This document shows positions 59,928 through 64,000 of a DNA stretch of 64,000 nucleotides, piece by piece. The translations under genes were made by a program, and so were the position numbers. The DNA comes from Thermococcus sp. (lineage in GTDB: Archaea; Methanobacteriota_B; Thermococci; Thermococcales; Thermococcaceae): contig JALTCK010000092.1 of NCBI GenBank assembly GCA_027074805.1, positions 4,763 to 68,762 of the forward strand, written 5' to 3'. Below the pieces are notes generated by a model. The model did no database searches and was not told the DNA's origin. It saw only the letters and a program-made list of their open reading frames with translations. Every line of letters begins with the position of its first letter. The first letter of the stretch is position 1.

Positions 59928-61139
59928 TTAGTCCCATTCTAGGTAGATCTCATAATAATTTCTGCCGTTTCCATCCTTGTAAGCGTAGTATAATCTGGAG
60001 TGTGTTCCCCAGTCTGTTATCTCAACATGATAATGGGGCCTGTGCCCGGACTCACTTTCTCTGTATGTGCTCACACTGCCAGAGAAACAGACTTGAACTC
60101 CGATGCCTCCGCATACCGAGGTTGATATTGAAGTGGTGAGGTACACCCCTCCATTGTCTGAAGGGGCATCAAACAGTATGTTGAATGAGTCCATGTTGTC
60201 GGTTTTGTCTCTGTATTCCCTCGGCATTCCTGAGGAAATGCCTCCAGAGTAGTATCCTCCAGGTGTCCCGTGAAAGTTTCTTATGTGGACCGGGGTAAGC
60301 GACCATACAGTCCGACACCATGTGTACGTGCAGATTTCTGTCTCCGTAATCCTGTAGTCCACATTGGATGTTATTATACGGACATCTCCATCTGAGACAT
60401 CTATGCTTCCAGAAATGTCCTTGTCCGTTACAAGGGCAGTTCCGCTGCTCTCCCATCTGTCCTCGTCTGGGAGGCCTCCCCATGTCTCTTGGGAGAAGCT
60501 TTCGTATGTTATTGCATCATCTCTCTCAACGACCCAGCTGACCTGCACCCCAGTTATGCTCCTAACGATTGCCGTCTTTATATCTGGGATAGTGAGTGTT
60601 CCGTGATCTACTGTTTCTATACTCTCAACGTGGAATCCTCCCTTGGCAGGTTCGTAATGAAGCGGGACTTCCACGTCTAATCTCATCATTGGTTGGGTGG
60701 GCTCAAAACTCACAGTGCGTGCTCCCCAGTAGTCTTTGTCCGCCACTATTACTAGGAGAGTTACTGGCCTGAACCTGACTTTTTCAATGGTCTCGGGCTT
60801 GCCGTCTATTGTCTCTGTTTCGAGGTAAGTCCCTAGGGGCTTTCTCTCTATCTTGATGGTGGGATTAACGATGCTTCCAGAGTATTTCTGTTCAGGTCTT
60901 TGTGAGGTTAGGTCGACTATCACCACCTTTGGATTGGTGAGCTTCTTCTCCGTGTGCATGTTGATCTGTGCGAGCCCGGCAGGTTTTCCTTGGAGCCAGT
61001 CGAGGTATGCAGAGTACAGTGCTCCTGCGTTGTCCGGCTGGACCCCATAGGCGGAGGGTACCACAATGGTTATCATCACAGCCACGAGCACCGCAGCTGT
61101 TGCGATTCTCTTCTTTCTCGTCAATGGGCCCGCCCCCAT
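59928..61139 (-). CDS. Secreted hypothetical protein
   Basis: RKKR plus hydrophobic signal peptide; Ser/Thr/Gly-rich beta-type C-terminal half with two Cys pairs. Confidence 0.8.
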   Translation of the reverse strand: MGAGPLTRKKRIATAAVLVAVMITIVVPSAYGVQPDNAGALYSAYLDWLQGKPAGLAQINMHTEKKLTNPKVVIVDLTSQRPEQKYSGSIVNPTIKIERKPLGTYLETETIDGKPETIEKVRFRPVTLLVIVADKDYWGARTVSFEPTQPMMRLDVEVPLHYEPAKGGFHVESIETVDHGTLTIPDIKTAIVRSITGVQVSWVVERDDAITYESFSQETWGGLPDEDRWESSGTALVTDKDISGSIDVSDGDVRIITSNVDYRITETEICTYTWCRTVWSLTPVHIRNFHGTPGGYYSGGISSGMPREYRDKTDNMDSFNILFDAPSDNGGVYLTTSISTSVCGGIGVQVCFSGSVSTYRESESGHRPHYHVEITDWGTHSRLYYAYKDGNGRNYYEIYLEWD

Positions 61140-61368
61140 CTTTTCATTTTTCTAATGAGTATAATAAAAACTTTCAACAAGTTATAAATTCCGACTGTTA
61201 TATAAACATTTGGATGGGTTACTGTGTCCAGTTGGTAACCCCTCCTATGGTCTTGAAGAACACGGGGTGGTGAGGCTTCATGAGGAAAACTTCCGGTTGG
61301 CAAGTTACGGGCTATTATTTGGGTAACAGGGGAAAAGTTTAAAGGGTAAATTCGAAGCTCAAAAAAGT

Positions 61369-63822
61369 TTAAGCCTTGCCCCTCAGGATGTTCTCTGCGG
61401 CGTAGCGGAGGATGCTCCCAGCCTTGAGATACTTCACTTCTGCCGGCGTCTTGACCTCGGCCCTAACTAAAAACTCGAAGCTTTCCCCGTTTCTCTTGGC
61501 AGTAATCTTAACTACCTTCCCGGGTTTCAGCCCGCCGACCTCTATGTCGAAGACCTCGTCTCCCTTGAGCCCCCTTCGGTCCTCTGGATTCAGGAAGGTA
61601 AGAGGCAGAATTCCCATTCCGACGAGGTTGCTCCTGTGTATCCTCTCAAAGCTCTCCGCTATCACTGCCTTAACTCCCAGCAAAGCTGGTCCCTTCGCCG
61701 CCCAGTCCCTGCTGCTCCCGACACCGTACTGCTTTCCTGCTATTATGATGAGGGGAACCCCCTCTTCCATGTATCTCATCGCGGCATCGTAAACGCTCAT
61801 CTCTTCACCCGTAGGCCAGTAGACGGTTTTAAAGCGGGCGAAGGTGCCCCTCATCATGACCTCGTGGTTGCTCCTTCTGGCCCCATATGTGTGGAGGTTC
61901 TTGACGCCGAGGGAGCGGAGATACCTCCCCGCAGGACTCTCGGGGCTTATGGCATTTGCAGGGCTTATGTCGTCGGTGCTTACCCTGTCTCCAAGGACTA
62001 TGAGGGCCCTTGCGCCGTCGATCTTCTCGCCGAGGGGCTGGAGCTCGAAGAAGGGCGGCTTTCTTATGTAGGTTGAGTCCGTCCAGGCGTAGGTCTCTCC
62101 CTCTGGAGAGTTAAGGGCCTCCCACGCCGGGCTACTGTAGAGGTCGGAGTACTTCTCCCTGAAGAGTTTGTGGCTTATGACCCCAACCAAGGCCCTGACC
62201 TCTTCCCTTGAAGGCATCAGGTCGCGGAGGTAAACGGGACGGCCGTTGGGGTCGAAGGCAATGAGTTCCGCCGGGTTGGTTATGCGGCCCGCCACCGCGA
62301 AGGCTACTACGAGCGGGGGGCTGGCGAGGTAGGTGTGCTCTATCAGCGGATTCACCCTCCTCCTGAAGTTCCTGTTGCTGCTTATAACGGCCACCCCTTT
62401 GACTCCTGTCTTTATCGCCTCCTCGGCTTCCCTCTTCAGGGGCCCGCTGTTCCCTATGCAGGCGGCGCAGGCGAAGCCGTTGACGTGGAAGCCGATGGCC
62501 TCGAGGTAGGGCAGGAGGTTGAGCCTCCGTAGGTACTCCACCGCAACCCTGCTTCCTGGGGTGAAGCTTGTCTTAACCCAGGGCTTTGGTTTTAGACCGA
62601 GCTCGACGGCCTTTTTGGCGATGAGTGCAGCTGAGATGAGGTTGTAGGGGTTGCTCGTGTTGGTGCAGCTCGCTATCGCGGCGAGGGCGACGAAGCCGTC
62701 CTCGAGCTCGAAGCCGTTAATCGTTGCGCGCTTTTCTGCCGGAAAGCTCAGCTCCCGAAGTGGAATTCTATCCTCAGGATGATCCGGACCAGAAACAGAG
62801 GGTTCGATTTTTGAGAGGTCTATCCTCACCCTGTCGTCGTACTCAGGCTCGTCCTCGCGGAAGAGGAGGTTTGCCCTGCTGTAAGTATCCACGAGCTCCG
62901 CTTTCTCCCTTCCCCTCGTGAGCTCGATGAAGCGGATGGTTTCTTCGTCTATGGGGAAGTAGCCGACGGTCGCCCCGTTTTCGGGCGTCATGTTGGCTAT
63001 CACAGCCCTGTCAAAAGCGCTCAGGCTCTCCAGGTTGCCGGTGTACTCGAGGAACTTGCCCACAACGCCTTTCTTTCTTAGCTTTTCGGTGACGGTCAGG
63101 ACTATGTCGGTGGGGGTAACCTCTGGCAAAGGCTCGCCCTCCAGAACGACTCCAACGACCTCCGGAACCGGCATGTAATAGGGCTCTCCCAGGAGGGCGG
63201 CCTCGGCCTCTATCCCCCCTACACCCCATCCGAGGACGCCTATCCCGTTCACCATCGGTGTGTGGCTGTCGGTCCCGAGGACCGTGTCTGGGTAGGCTAT
63301 CCCGTTCTCAAGGAAGACCACCCGGGCGAGGTGTTCCATGTTTATCTGGTGGATTATTCCCTTCCCGGGCGGAACTACGCGGAAGTTCCTGAAGGCCTTT
63401 CCGGCCCACTTTAGGAGGGAGTAGCGCTCACCGTTGGCCTCCAGCTCGGTCCTCATGTTCTCCTCAAGGGAGTAGGAAGTGCCGTGGTAGAGGACTATTA
63501 GCGAATGGTCTACAACGAGTTCAACCGGGATTCTCGGGTTGACCTCCCCGGGATCGCCCCATCTCTCCGCCACGTGGTCCCTCATGGCCGCCAAATCAAC
63601 AACGGCCGGAACCCCGGTGTAGTCCTGCATTATTATCCTCGCGGGATGGAATGGTATCTCCCCCCGTCTCTCGGAGAGGTTCGGCAGGAACCCCTCGTTT
63701 CCGTTCCTCAGGAGGTTCTCTGCCAGGATCCTCAGGCTGTAGGGGAGCTCGTGAACGTCGTATTCTCTTTCGAGCTTCCTCAGGCTGTAGAACTTGAAGC
63801 GGCCGTTGTCCTCAACGTACAT
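61369..63822 (-). CDS. acnA: Aconitate hydratase AcnA
   Basis: QDYTGVPA, GIIHQ, GTDSHT, SCTNTSNP, CAACIGNSG, NRNF, GSSRDWAAKG, ERIHRSNL. Confidence 0.96.
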   Translation of the reverse strand: MYVEDNGRFKFYSLRKLEREYDVHELPYSLRILAENLLRNGNEGFLPNLSERRGEIPFHPARIIMQDYTGVPAVVDLAAMRDHVAERWGDPGEVNPRIPVELVVDHSLIVLYHGTSYSLEENMRTELEANGERYSLLKWAGKAFRNFRVVPPGKGIIHQINMEHLARVVFLENGIAYPDTVLGTDSHTPMVNGIGVLGWGVGGIEAEAALLGEPYYMPVPEVVGVVLEGEPLPEVTPTDIVLTVTEKLRKKGVVGKFLEYTGNLESLSAFDRAVIANMTPENGATVGYFPIDEETIRFIELTRGREKAELVDTYSRANLLFREDEPEYDDRVRIDLSKIEPSVSGPDHPEDRIPLRELSFPAEKRATINGFELEDGFVALAAIASCTNTSNPYNLISAALIAKKAVELGLKPKPWVKTSFTPGSRVAVEYLRRLNLLPYLEAIGFHVNGFACAACIGNSGPLKREAEEAIKTGVKGVAVISSNRNFRRRVNPLIEHTYLASPPLVVAFAVAGRITNPAELIAFDPNGRPVYLRDLMPSREEVRALVGVISHKLFREKYSDLYSSPAWEALNSPEGETYAWTDSTYIRKPPFFELQPLGEKIDGARALIVLGDRVSTDDISPANAISPESPAGRYLRSLGVKNLHTYGARRSNHEVMMRGTFARFKTVYWPTGEEMSVYDAAMRYMEEGVPLIIIAGKQYGVGSSRDWAAKGPALLGVKAVIAESFERIHRSNLVGMGILPLTFLNPEDRRGLKGDEVFDIEVGGLKPGKVVKITAKRNGESFEFLVRAEVKTPAEVKYLKAGSILRYAAENILRGKA

Positions 63823-64000
63823 CCTCCATCGCCTCCATAACCGCTCCCCCGAACTCCTCCGTTGACAGCCTCCCCCCGAGGTCCGGCGTTCCCCTTCCGC
63901 TCTCCACAACTTTTCTAACGGTCCTCCTCATGAGCTCGGTCGCCTCACCCCAGCCGATGTAGTCGAGCAGTAGGGCGGCGCTCAGGATTGCGGCAGAGGG
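63812..64000 (-). CDS. icd: Isocitrate dehydrogenase, C-terminal part (starts outside window)
   Basis: PSAAILSAALLLDYIGW...TPDLGG.LSTEEFG; overlaps the acnA start (isopropylmalate dehydrogenase family not excluded). Confidence 0.8.
   Translation of the reverse strand, partial: PSAAILSAALLLDYIGWGEATELMRRTVRKVVESGRGTPDLGGRLSTEEFGGAVMEAMEDVR

Noticed and set aside
63823-63909. N-terminal extension of AcnA given in the ORF track
   Set aside because: Overlaps the icd coding frame; ATG at 63822 has a GGAGG RBS

Overview
Archaeal chromosomal DNA of Thermococcales type (probably Thermococcus), judged from the por/vor operon, hyp genes, GGTGA-type RBSs, BRE/TATA promoters and SurR boxes. Left end: an FdhA-like molybdo/tungstoenzyme (5' part), a TetR regulator, a DUF302 gene, an atypical hypC paralogue and hypCDF-E, then AMP-forming Acs, a CooC-like ATPase, SufS and porG-vorDAB-porDAB. 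Middle: housekeeping genes (PiT, hflX, NAC, Na+/H+ antiporter, ogt, trmJ, panE), fumarase alpha/beta (beta has a nonsense codon), malic enzyme, tRNA-Ala(CGC), a Lon-like protease, an uncharacterised cell-surface cluster (38.0-43.2 kb), glmM and pyrBI. Right end: a variable island (52.5-56.3 kb), an ArcE/cDPGS-like gene, AlaX, vapBC modules, an orphan secreted protein, aconitase and the 3' end of isocitrate dehydrogenase. Most notable signals read directly from the DNA: (1) a TGAC-N6-GTCA operator in front of three adjacent genes, suggesting a TetR regulon layered on SurR boxes; (2) a HypC paralogue lacking both metal ligands; (3) a perfect 58-bp promoter/hairpin repeat fused to two unrelated AT-rich genes; (4) a perfect 26-bp palindrome at an archaeal ATPase start; (5) the surface-protein cluster; (6) apparent G:C>A:T hits at conserved residues. 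Product calls come from motif recognition, not database searches.
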